Assembly: GCA_020536535.1 (NCBI GenBank)
Contig: JAHLWZ010000091.1
Span: 1 to 64,000 of the forward strand
DNA length: 64,000 nucleotides
Origin: Pelomyxa schiedti
Taxonomy: Eukaryota; Protista; Evosea
Direction: 5' to 3'
Under the pieces are notes generated by a model. The model was not told the origin of the DNA. It was given only the letters and a program-made list of their open reading frames with translations, and searched no databases. The position numbers and the translations under genes were made by a program. Shown here in pieces: positions 51,952 to 64,000 of this stretch; the stretch's first letter is position 1; every line of letters begins with the position of its first letter.

Positions 51952-52166
51952 TTTAGTGTAATTTCTGTTTCGTTTGACCTGTGGAACTCCCTTCCCCCTG
52001 GAGGCATTAGGCCCAAAAGAAGAAAGAGAGCACAATCCACAATCTGAGGCTCAGTACAGAGGTCTCAGGATGGCGGAGTGTGCCTCCGGCCGGCATCAAT
52101 CGTCAAAGTTGGTAATTAACTTGATTTGAGTAGCACTTCTAGTAACAGTAAAAAAAAAAAATACGT

Positions 52167-55100
52167 ATGAGCCGCCACAACAACACTCGGCACGGCGCCG
52201 CCCACAACCAGGCAGCCCCGTCTCTGTCAGTTGCTTCCACGGTTACGTCACCCTCCCCGCAGGCGGCGGCCCCCTCCCCCAGCTCTCGCCCACAGCCCAC
52301 CGGTGGGTCCCGCCGCGTCACCACTGCCAGCAGCAGCAACAGCAGCAACTGCACAAGCACCACGGCTTCGTCGGGATCTGCTGCCTCGGCAGCAGCAGCC
52401 GCCGACGACGACTCGGCCCACGTAGCCAACTGGTTCTCACGGCTCAGCGCGCAGGGCCGTGTCGACGCCCTGACGACAGCAGATCCAATGGCCTGCCAGG
52501 CCGTCGTAAGGATGCGTGACATCGAGACCAAGGCTCTCCACCAGCCTCTCGTGCTCCCCCCGTCGCTCTTGGCTCCCCCTCCTAATCCTCCTCCGTCGTC
52601 GTCCAGTGCTTCTCCGAATGGACACGTCGGTGACGTCAATGCAACTGCGGCGACGGCCGCCGCCGCGGCGATTGCGTGCCTGTCGTTGGCTGAGTTTAGG
52701 CAGAATGTGCTAAGGGGGAAGGTGGTGCCAGTGGAGAATTGTGGGAGGAGCGCTTTTGGTGGAAGGTGTGTTGTGAGGCAGTGGTACAACCCAGTTTTCT
52801 TTTTTGGAGTCACTTTCAATTCTGATGTATACCCATCCCCTATATCCATTGCATTTCGGATTTTATACTATTTTAAGTCTCAGTATTGCTCAATTTGTTG
52901 GAGTCCCTCGTAAAAACAAAGAATCCCTGTCACTGACCTCTCACTCTCCCCTTTGAACCACTCACCAAAGGGAGTAGATTTCTGTAATACTCGCTGCCCT
53001 TCTATGCGGAGCCACCCCTTGTCGTGGTCCTCTTCTGCGATTTATGATGAACAACTTTTATCTGGTGTCTGTCTGGGTAAACATGGCCCTCTGGAAAACA
53101 TTACCGTGAAACAATCGATAGTAGAGAATCCAGAAAACTTCATTAAAATGATGGTACTGGCCCAGTTACGACTATTCTTAACTCGAACACAGAAATCTAT
53201 TTCTCGTGGTGGCTTCCTTTCCAGTCCATGTCGGATGCAATTCAACTCCGATCGGCAATGGGTTTGCCAGGACCCTGAGTGGGTGAGTGGATATTCAACA
53301 CAATTGTGACAATAAACGTGCTCCTTTAATTTGCAGTGGACTGGGGGACAGTATCACACATTGCCGCAGTTCATTGCTTTTTTACTTGAGAAGTCCCTGT
53401 GGAGTTACTACTGGTTTCATTCAGGGGAAGTACGCATGGATTCAGCAGCAAAAAGGTTTCTTTATCTTGGAGAAACGTATGCTTAATGGTCCAAGATCGC
53501 CCATCCCAAATCCAACTGTCAATCCCCCCCTACCAAGTTCGGAAATTTACCAATTTTGGCAAAATATATCAGACAGACAGAGGTATGGTCACAGACGTAC
53601 CAAAAAACTGGCAAACCTTATGCACAAGGTCATGCACTATCGCCAAAATCGCTCCGTTTTTGCAGCACTTGGTTGCTAGTGTTCCCCAAAAGTACTTGGA
53701 ATACCATGGTGAGCTAATCTTTTTAGTGTGATTAAGTAACGTGCATGCGTAGATTTATTGGAACTCCTTCAAGATTTGCCATCATTTTCTCATTTTCTCT
53801 TGCACAGTGACGAGAGAGTTTTCATTGACAACCTTTTTTCCTCCCCTTTGTACAGGTAAGAACATTCCTAAACTTTTTTCCTCCATTCTAAAGCAACTGC
53901 AGGGCCGGGTCACACTCTGATAAGCTCATTCTGCAAATGGGAAATATCATTCGACAAAGTTTAACTGACAAAACCACACAAGTCCCTCCCATCCCTCTTG
54001 GTATTTTTAATGACTTCAAGGAGAACAATACATTGAGCCCTGGTGACCACCAGAAAAAGAAAAAGAAGCAAAAGAGTCCATCTCAATCACCCAAATCGAA
54101 AAGGTGAGAACACGTTGCCCAACATTGGAGAAAATAAACTTCTTCAGGAGAGAATGTGAAAATGAAGTTCAGAAACTGCTTTCACGACAAGTTTACCACC
54201 TTTTTCCTATCATTTTAGAAAACAAGCCTGACACTAGGGTTTCGAGAAAAGACCTGATGTGACAACTACCCCATCTGCCACACCAACTGAAACAGCAGCA
54301 ATTCTTCCCACAGCCCCAATTCCCACCAAAACCACGCAAAAGAAGCCAGCAAGGCAAATCGTGGAACCCCCCACAGCGGCAGCCCTTGATCTTGCAAGCA
54401 GCAAACCACTTCACATGCTCACGACAAAATCACACCCTCCTTCTCCTATAGATACACTGGACTTAGTTACTCCCCCACCACCCCTCAAGCAAACTCCTCC
54501 TCCCAAGCCAGCCAGACCAAATCAAAAGGTATGGAACACCTCACATCAACTCCAAACTCATCTGCTACAAGGGGATGGCAGATGCCTTAGATCTGGCACG
54601 TGAAAAAAGAACGAACAAGCCAGTACCTCCACAAAAGCCACAAGCACAAGAAGAAACCCTTCTGAGCAAAAGGACACGTTCCAATAGCCTTACTCAACTA
54701 AAAGAGGGCAAAGGAAAGTCACAAGGATGGCATAGTAACAGTACACCTACTACCCCTCCAAGCAGCCCAACTATTACAGCAGTTTCACACATAAATTCAC
54801 CACCATTACCTGCAAAATCCGCTGTCAATAAAGTAACTTCTCCCCTCCTATCTCCTTCCACCATTCCAAGCTCCGTGGTGCCTTCAGCAAAATCCGTAGA
54901 TAACTCAGTGTGTCTTTAACTACTTGAAGGCCTATTTCTTAACGAATGACAGAAGTCACAAAGAAGAGCACACACTGATCCATCTGTCCCCATCCACTCT
55001 CGCCCACGTTCTTCCAGCATGAATCGGGAAGATCGCCCAGCTCCACTTCAAAATAAACTTTCAGCTCATCTTGACTTAGCAACTACCACACAAGTGCACA

Positions 55101-57361
55101 AGAACCGAAAAGGCAAACCCGTTCCACCAGCCACTCCTGTTGCCACGACCACATCTATACCTTCTGCTCCCCCAGCAGAGGAGAGCAGAAAGAAACCTAC
55201 AGAAGAAAGTACAGAAGATGTGGTCAAGTTACCTCACAATGGATCACCAGAGGTACATCCACCGCAAAACCAAAATTCAACCAAAACCCAGCAAGCACAG
55301 AATCAACAAAGGACAATAAAATCCACACCATCATTGAAGACACAAAATCCAGAATCATCATCCCTTCGGTCATCTCCGACCCAACTTCCATCACAACCAC
55401 ATAACTCGGGACTGCAACCTGTACAACAGCCACAACGACAAAAGGTCATTCACCCAGCATCTCCCCCATCACCGATTCCTTCCCAATTACCACCAGCAAA
55501 AAAGGCAATAAAATCTCAAGCACCTCAAGTAACACACATATATAATGTGAATTCAGAGGTACTAGTGTCACCAGTGCATTCTACACCTGTTCCAGGCATC
55601 GCTGGCCCCACGAATTCAGGTATATCACCTGAACCGTCACCTTCCTTGCAGCACCAGCTTCCAGGGCCCCCCGAGATAAAACTGGTGACGCCTCCTAGTC
55701 CAACCCAAGCTCAACCCGAGTTACATCCAAATACATCTCCACGAAACACTCCAACCTTCCTGCCACAGTACAAGTACCAGACGGCATCACCAACACTATC
55801 AACAACTCCGAGTGGGTATCGACAATCACTGGACCTCGCCACCTCACACACCCAACCACCACACCCAATTCGAACAAGCACATTTTCACTTGACCTCGCA
55901 AGTGAATTCACACCAGCAGTCTCCGTAAGGTTTGTTTACAGCACCGAATCTACCATTTATGATAATCATTTTTAACAGCCGACCTCCGTGGGTGAGGCGC
56001 CCATACACACATTCAAACCAGATAGTAAATTTATCAGCAGAAATTGAGGACTACGTTGACCTCATCACTGCCAGACAGCAAACACAACTGTAAACGTTCT
56101 ACTTTGGCTTCAGTACTATTTCTAAAAGGTTTTAGGGCCTCCAGCACTATCGTTTTGAACCAAATTGTATCAATCGTTTTATTTCTTTGGCCATTGGCAC
56201 AAGTAGCTCCACATTGGAGAAGATATTTGCCTTAGTTTGTTAGGTTTCCCCTTTTGGCTCTTGTGTTACGTCATTGGCCATTCCCTCCAGTGACTTGGAT
56301 ATAGCTATTGTACTAAATGGTGCTGTGGAAAGTATGTTCGTTTCTCCTAGTCTACCTTGAACTCATTCAACAACCCAGATCAAAAAGTTGCCCTCCAAAT
56401 TTTGGCTGATATGTTAAGAAAGCAGGTACAACAACAAACCCACTGCGAGTGTGAATTTTGATAAAATGGGTGGGAAGGACTGGGCCTTGCACGTGAAAGC
56501 CATTGATACTGCCAGCATGCCAATAATCAAGTTGGAAGTCCTTCCAGAAATGACCCGTACTGATATAACCTTCGATGAAGTGTCTGCTACCACGTGTGTA
56601 CCAGTCGTTACAACACACCTGCACTAAATTACACACAAGGAAACATCGAGGCTTGGTGTTCACTCAAGTTATTCAGCAATACGTAAGGTTTTCTTCACCT
56701 TGTTTGTTTATATTGTTTTATCCACTGTGTACCACCAGGGAACTGCCTCACTTCAGGTCCATTTTACTAGTTCTGAAACAATTCCTCCATGAACGTGGGT
56801 TGAACAATATCTACTCTGGGGGGTTGTCTTCCTACTTGCTGGTATCTCCTGCAACAAAATACCAGTGCTTTACTGATAATCATCCTCAGGGAATTATGGT
56901 AATTACTTACCTCCAAATTGAAAACCCGAGAAATGTATGCCACAGTACCGGGACGCTTTTACTTCGATTTCTCAGATACTACGGCTTTGTTTTCAATTAC
57001 AAAACCATGGGTATTACTATGCGTAATGGCGGGTATGTTCTCCTCTTCGCCAGCCCTGCCAATCCCACCCCTAATCCAACAAAACCAAACACTCCCAACT
57101 CCTCCCAATAAACCAACCAATAGGAAGCACTACAAATTTGGCGAGGGAGACTACTACAGCACCCCCGGGCACATGATTGTGATTGAGGACCCATTCAACC
57201 CCAGAGTCAACGTGGCCAGCGGCGTGTTTGCAATGTGGCGGGTCCAGTCCGCCTTTGCAAGTGCATACACACTTCTCAGAAACGACCACACCGTGGAGGA
57301 TGTACAGTGCCCTTCAATTTTGAGTAAAATTCTGGGCCTTGACCCCTTGTTGGGGGAGTAA
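52167..57361 (+). CDS. Non-canonical poly(A) polymerase / nucleotidyltransferase (Trf4/PAPD5-like) with a long N-terminal and disordered region
   Basis: FGSCVTSLAIPSSDLDIAI; LVLKQFLHERGLNNIYSGGLSSYLL; LLRFLRYYG; IEDPFNPRVNVA; N-terminal WFSRLSAQGRVDALT resembles plant MEE44-type enzymes. Confidence 0.9.
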
Positions 57362-57475
57362 CGGGCTGGGCCACAGGAAAAAAAATGAAAAATAATAAAA
57401 ACCTAAATCACAACATAGAACAAAGGCAAGGAAAAAATTGTTTTTTCTATTTTTATTTTATTCTTTTGGCTTGTT

Positions 57476-59492
57476 TCATAGTGATCCACTCCCCACCATG
57501 TAAACTTTGGGTAGGGTTCTGCTTGTGAACTTCGAAATCTGTGTGCAGTAGCGCGCAATTTTGGCTGAAACTATAACGGATTCCATGTGGTCTGGTTGTT
57601 GCATTACTCGGGGTGCTTGAGCTGCGGACTCGCCTTCCTCTTCCATCTGGAAGAGTTGGTGTTGCAAACTTATTGTTGAAAAAAAGTAGTTTACACACCC
57701 TTTTGAGATAGGCGGCTTGTCTGTTGAGGCTGCGTTGGTAGGCCTGGTATCTTGCTTGTTTCTCAGTCAAATCATCTACACACTCCACGAGTGCCTGGGA
57801 AGAAAGGTGAACATGTGTTGGAAGCGAGAAGAGTGCATACAGTAAGATTTTTATCAAGGGAGCCAGTTATGTTCATATCCAAAGCTGTTCTTTCAGGTGT
57901 TAGTGCAGGGACTTTCTCCAAGTCAAACAGCCAGGCATTGACAAGGGCTGTGTTGGCCACACGTATCGGTAGCTCTTCAAGCACATCAACGAGGCCATTG
58001 GTGGACAGTGTAAGGAACCTGGTGCATAATAAGAATAATACGGAACCAAAGGAACAAAAACTACAGTTCTTTAGGCACTGTGGGCTGATTATTGCACAGG
58101 GTCATAAATGATGACGAGAGCTTGAAGGCTCGTAACGAAAGACTCCTCTCCTTAGGTGGTGATTAGAAAGTGTTTCTCTACCTTCATGACTTACATTAAC
58201 AGTTTTGAGGGGGTCATAGACCAAAACAACTGAACAAGGTAAATTGCGTTGATAGACGTACTGTGATTCGATAAATTGCTCAGAAACATATTGCTCCAGC
58301 GAAGTGTGTTGGTACCAGCCAACGACAAACGAATCAAAATTAACTAGGTAGATACAGATTTTCAGTTTGTTAACATTGTGCTATCAAGGGCCATACTCTC
58401 GTGCAGTTTATTCACGTAATCAGTTTGGTACTGGTCATCTCTGTCAGCTGCCATTTGTTCTTCTTCTGCCCTGAGGAGATATTAACATGGGAAAATGTTG
58501 TCGTCTGCGAAATTACCCAAGAACTACTTCCGCGTGAGGCATTGGGAAACAAGATGTGACCTCCAAGCCCTGTGAGCTTGGAAGGCCAAGAAGAGACCCT
58601 GTTGGGACTTCCAGAGGAGTTGTCCGCGTATGTGCTGCAATTTTCATAATGACCTGCAGGCTATTATTAGTAAGGAAATGGACAACAACTACCATACAGA
58701 GCCTTGTACAACAACTGTCTTTGTTGGAAGTTTAATACGCTGTGAAAGGGGCATCTCAGGAGGCCCTTTACGTGACTTCTGAGAAGCTGGAGGAGCTTGT
58801 TGTGGAGTTTGTTCGCCCTTTCCCTTCTTTTTCTTCGTGGCATTAGTAGGGGCAACCGCTGGTGAAGCCGCCGTCTGTCGCTGCTGCGGGGCACCCCAGG
58901 CAGATTTGGTAGGTGCTGGCTTTGATTGGCTTGGTGCCTCTTGTGCTACTGCTGGTTTGGCGGGTGTCTTCTCTGTTTGCTTGGCAGGTTTTTGTTTTGT
59001 AGGTTTTTGTGGGGCTTGTTGTGTTGTCTCTGGGGTGGATTCAGCCGGTTGTGGTGTCTTCTCGGACTTCTTCGGGGCTGATGGTTTCGATGCCTGAGGT
59101 GTTTCTTGTGTTGGTTTCGACTGCTTACTAGCAGCAGCATCCTTCGCTGGCGCCGGTGCCGGTGCCGATGCTGCCGATTGTGCAGGTGTTGTCTGTGTAG
59201 GCACAACGGGTGCTTCAGGGACAGAGGTTGTTGCTTGAGGTGCGAGTGGTGCCTGAGTAGTGGCTGAAGTGCTTTTAGTTGGTGGAGCTGCCACGGCTGG
59301 CTCCGTTGCAGGTGCTTTTTGTTCGGTTTGAGGTGCTGTCTGCGCTTTCGTCGCCTTTTTCTTCTTGTTTTTTGGCGGCTTTGTTGCGGTGGTTGCTGCC
59401 GTATCCGCAACAGCGGGGGCCGTCACTGGATCTTGCTTTTGCTGCGGGGGCGCTGTTTCGGCCACAGTGGGTGCCTTGGTTGTGTCCGCCAT
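57476..59492 (-). CDS. EIF3H: Translation initiation factor 3 subunit H with a long low-complexity N-terminal extension
   Basis: VIMKIAAH..TGSLLGL..LEVTSCFPMP; VGWYQ; VLVYDPLKT; EELPIRVANTALVNA. Confidence 0.88.
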
Positions 59493-59773
59493 TACTCGTT
59501 AAACAAACAAAAATACGGCACTGTGCGACACGGATCTTCTTCTCTCGGCCCGACGACGCGATGGGCGATTTATTGTGTGATAAAGAGAAGGGGAAAAAAA
59601 ATTTAGCGTGCAACTGATCAGGGCTTTTAATTCTTTCTTTCGCTTTTCTAAAGTCAAAAATCGACTGAGGGTGCCCTCACACAACAACAGAAGTTGTAAG
59701 GGTGTTTGAGAAAGGAAAAAAAGAACTAGCTATTCATGTGGGAAAAGAATTACAATTGTAGTTCTTGAACCAC

Positions 59774-61669
59774 TTAATATTTCCTCCTGCCTCCCCTACT
59801 GTGTCCACTTCCAGAGTCTCTTTGTTGTTGCATTTGCCTCTGTATTGCCTTTCCTTTGGCTGAAGTGGCTGTGGGTGGTGATGCTGAAGCGCCTGATCCT
59901 GACGAGGCCTTCATTGTGATGGCATCCGCAGCTTCTGAATCAAGTGAGCCTTGTGTGCCCCGGCTGCTTTGTTGCTTCTGCTTCGCTCTTTTGGATGCTT
60001 GTTTGGCATAGACTCCAAGCTTCCTGTCTCTTTTGGGTATCCACCTCTCTGGGTCCAGTTGTGGCATGTTTGACCGTGATATCGATCCCATGCCGGAAGC
60101 GGCCCTTCTCTTGTTGACTGCAGCTAGCATGAGTGCACAGCGGCGTGCCTTCTTTCTCTTCTTCCGCCTCTCCTTCGCACGTTGCAATGCAACTTCTGCG
60201 CTCACAACCTTTTTGACCTTGGTATTCGTAGTCTTGACGGGATGAATCTTCTTTGGTCTCGAGAGACCCAGTTTCTCCAACTCTTCAGCGGTAAGAGTAG
60301 TAGGAGTTATTATCTGCAGGAGTTCATTAAGGGACTACACAGAGGTACAATCTTACTTTGCGCTCGACCGGTGCATTCTTAATAGGAGCTGTCACTTTCT
60401 TTTCCGGCACTTTTGTTTGTGCTTTCTTTTGCTGGGGGATTTGTGGTTGAGAGGGAGAGGGAGCAGGAGCGGGAGCGGGAGCGGGAACATCACTCTCCCG
60501 CTGGGGCTTGGTCGTTGCTGCCTTAGACCGCCTTTTCGCTTCCTCCAGTGCTTGAATATTGTGATTCACCATTGCTGTTACTTCTTCCTTGGTTTTTCTA
60601 GTTGCAATCGAATTGTAAAGTTCAAGTGCTTCTTGCACCTTTCCTTGCATTTGCAGAACATATCTGTCGAAATCAACTAAATACATATTTTCAAGAAGAT
60701 AGATAAGGTACCCAAGTTGAGCATCAATCTGTGCCGTTTCTCTGTCAATATCGACTTGTGAGACCCCTTCAGTTTGAGCTGCCTTTGTACACACAGTTTT
60801 TGCTTTCTGAAGCCATTCATTGGCTTGGTCCCATTGTTTTGCATAAGCAAAGTGGCAACCAGTGTTATATGAAATTTCATAGGCGCTCTGTAATATGATT
60901 ACTCTACTGCGAAAAATATTGGCACCATACTTGAAACTTGCTTTGACTGCAAAATCGGTCCACTATTTGTTGGGTTTTTGTGGTATCACCGGCTTGAACA
61001 CAGGCAGCACATAGATTAGAGACTAACTCTGTAGATGGAGATGTTGCTTCAAGGAGTTGTTCGTATATCTGACCAAACAAGTCAAAACAGCATGATGTAA
61101 TGATGTTGGTTTGACCTGTACACATTCACTGAACTTTTCAAGTTTGTAAAGGATTTGAGCTTTAAGTAGTAGCACTTGGGTGGTTGGCTTCAAAGGTGAC
61201 AGTGTATCCAAGGCCTTGAGTGATGATTGTCAGCCGCTCCCTGTAGGAAAGTGGGAGGTACCTCTTGCGTTTTCTTTGCCCTATACAAGCAATACGCTCG
61301 CTCAAAAACCAGAAAGTTGTCCTCCCACGTACCTCCTAAATATGAGTGTGAGTAAACCACATAAACCGGTTTAACAAAAAAAAAAAAAAAAAAACCTTCA
61401 CAAACAAACAGAAACATCAAAAAAATCAAAAAAAAAAAAAAAAAAAAAAAAACCAAACCAGTTGCGGCCAGGGCGTCGTCTAACTTTCCAAGGGAAATCA
61501 AACTCACGACCTTGCACATCGTGGCGTCGCGGTCGCGCTCGCAGCCGGGCATCGCGAGCACCTCCTCGCTCGCCTCCAGCGCCCCCTCCGCGTCCCCTGC
61601 CGCCACGCAGTTGCTCACCCGAACGAACGCGGCAGCTATCTCCGCCGCATTCCCCGTCGCCTTGCTCAT
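59774..61669 (-). CDS. SRP72: Signal recognition particle subunit SRP72
   Basis: CKVVSLI, FERAYCLYR, LLKAQILYKLEKF TPRs; basic tract plus LDPERWIPKRDR; RGTQG. Confidence 0.92.
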
Positions 61670-62077
61670 CGCCTCACTTGTTTCTGTTCTACTATTGCTG
61701 TTGGTTATGCGAAGACGGCAGTCTCTGATGTCGATTCATCAAGTCAACTCTCTCAGGTGTTTGTTCCCACTGGAAAACGCACAACGAAATTTGGCCGTGA
61801 TGACTGAGACATGCCGTAACTTGTAGTAGGGGAACACAGCTTGTTGCGTCGCCTGAGAAGTTCAGTGAATTTTGGACTCACACTTGTTTACATCAAAGGG
61901 CAGAAAAGGGTCCTGGTTCTCTGTGACCTGCGAAGGGAAATGTCTGGACCACATCTGGGCCAGGCACATTCTACCGTTTCGTGGTCTTTCCAGCCTCTGA
62001 GGAGCATAACAGTGCAAGATCCAAAGACCCAAAAAATAAAAAGTGTGAGTCCCAATAATTTATCTTAGACAACATAA

Positions 62078-64000
62078 CTACAGAAGGTGGTGTTGTTTTT
62101 TGTACACATAACTTTGGAGCATGTCACGGGTGATCCAGGAGTAACAAACAGGGAGTACGCTCTCAATCACCTCTTGGAGAGTTGGGAAGAAGAACGAGGG
62201 CAGAGTTCCAACTGGCACAGGTATGTACCACCCTGACATCTGCACTGGTGGCACTCCAGCTGACGATGCACTTGTGATTGGGGTGCTGCGCAGTTTGACG
62301 TGTGTGAGCGTTCCTTCATGCACTGCCACCATGTATGGGCTGTAACGTTCTTTGTAAAATATGGAGAATCCTTCTTCTAGTGTTGGTGAGGACTTGAGCA
62401 CATGTCTCCCTGGAAATCGATCACAGAAGTGAATCATTACATGGTCTGGAAACCCTGAAAAGAGTCTCCCATACTCGTTGGGATCAAAGAACCCACATAT
62501 CCAACTGCAGGCAATGGACAAATGAGCAAAAAGAAAGTATGAGGGGTGTTGTTTGGCACACACCTGTGCGATCTCCAATATTCAACTGACACCTGTTGTG
62601 AGGTGTTTCAGAGTGAGAAAGAACTTGTTGGATTAATTGTTGGGTGTCAAAGCTCACCGGATCAAAGGAAACAGGTGTGGGGCTCGCTTCCGACAGCCAG
62701 AATGAGCACAACTGGAGGAATTTCTCCTTTGTGATGGTCGCACCTTGGAAAACTGTGTGCATGTTGTGAGAGAATTGTTGGCAAGGAACCCACAGAAACA
62801 GAAATGTTACTCGAATTTAAGTCGTTGGAGCTCCATATTTGCAGTCCTTGTTCATGTGGAAAATAGGGATACAACTTATCGAGGGTGACAACCGCCATAG
62901 ACGGGGCACCCTTGGTCAGATGTTGCCACAACTGCTCAGCAACAAGCATGGAGGGGAGTGTATTCATCACCTGATCCATTTCGCACACCCGTTGTTCACA
63001 AGGTATATGGGACAGAGGTCTGCTCTTGAATTTGGTCGACGTCACTGTGGAAAAGGTGAGTCAGGCACTTTAAAGAGCGGGAAGAGGTGGTGGGGGATGA
63101 AACACACAAAATTTCCTGTCGGTTTCCACAAAAGAGTCTCCGTGCTTCGTGTACAAGGCAAGCTTCAAATTTCCGTTGTACTTGTACCTGTTTCCATCCT
63201 GAACTGTCGTGATGTTCACGATCCTGAAGTCCCCGGTTGTGTGATCAGGGACACCAATCAAGGTCTGTCCATAGCGCAATCCAACACGTGGCACCGAAGG
63301 CGGAACGCTCTCAGATCGAACGACCTCAAGCCTCATTGGGAACTTCGGACTGTATGACGCCTTATTGGGGAGTCCTGGTGCTGAGTCTTTCTTCTGGACG
63401 AAAAGTGGCAACAGGACCCGCTTGATGCCCTCAGGTAATTTCTTTGTGGCTGGCTGTTTTGTTGCTGTGTTTGGTGGTGAAGAAGCCAGCGGCTCGGTGG
63501 TTGCGGTTGTGGATGTGGCAACAGATTGTACTGGCGACACCAGCGTCTCGTTTCTGCTGTCGTCCATGGGCGTCTCTGCCTCTGTATTCTTGCGTTTGCC
63601 CGTGTTTGGTAAGTCTGACTGGAAGTTGGAGTCTTTTGTTAAAGCCAATGACGCCTGGTTGCTATCGTCCATGGATCCATTTTGTCCTGGGGGAGCAATT
63701 TCAGGTGCCAGCAAATGGGTAGTGGTTCTTTGGCTGGTTGTGGTGGATGTTGTTTCAGGGGCTTTGAGGTCGGCCGAAGAAATCGTCACTCCACTGCCGC
63801 ACATGGAACATCGAAAGACAACCGAGTTTGTGCCAGACAAGAATTTACCAACCGTAACAAAAGTGAACTCGCCTTGTGCGTCTGGTTTCGTTTGGCATTT
63901 GCCACAGGGCAGCCGCACAAACGGTGTGCCTTGGAGACCGAGAGACGAGTTGCTGGCGCTGTTGGTGGTGTCTGATTCGCATGGACCGCAGGCGCAAACG
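62078..64000 (-). CDS. Hypothetical protein (5' end may lie outside the window): Cys4 zinc ribbon, beta-rich domain, degenerate SH2-like region
   Basis: CGKC...CSMC; exons joined by GT-AG introns; WICGFF..HVMIHFCDRFPG. Confidence 0.65.

Noticed and set aside
52062-52140. tRNA-Leu-like start (TCAGGATGGCGGAGTG)
   Set aside because: No T-loop GTTCRA motif, anticodon arm or acceptor stem pairing follows
61376-61452. Poly-A runs as a retroelement tail
   Set aside because: They lie inside the first SRP72 intron, and similar homopolymer runs occur in many first introns in this window

Overview
Gene-dense eukaryotic DNA with many short GT-AG introns and compact head-to-head gene pairs. The gene content suggests an amoebozoan, possibly an archamoeba such as Pelomyxa; this is inference, not a database result. 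About 20 protein-coding loci are visible. Housekeeping genes: ESCO/Eco1 acetyltransferase, NSUN6, translin, a Trf4/PAPD5-like nucleotidyltransferase, eIF3h and SRP72. Signalling genes: two receptor kinases with bacterial-type solute-binding ectodomains and a RasGEF-PH-RhoGAP protein. Prokaryote-type genes carrying introns: DUF1015, a GH2 exo-beta-D-glucosaminidase, an EGF-CotH kinase and a disrupted GH57 glycoside hydrolase. Positions 1-830 are a diverged copy of 22768-23599 and are followed by a 100-N gap. The most notable points are the intron-containing GH57 pseudogene, two apparently dead enzyme domains (a cyclase and a RhoGAP), a possible STAT/CudA-like protein with a degenerate SH2 domain, and CpG-island-like 5' ends. 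Exon structures were spliced by eye, so gene ends are approximate. No rRNA, tRNA or CRISPR array was found.
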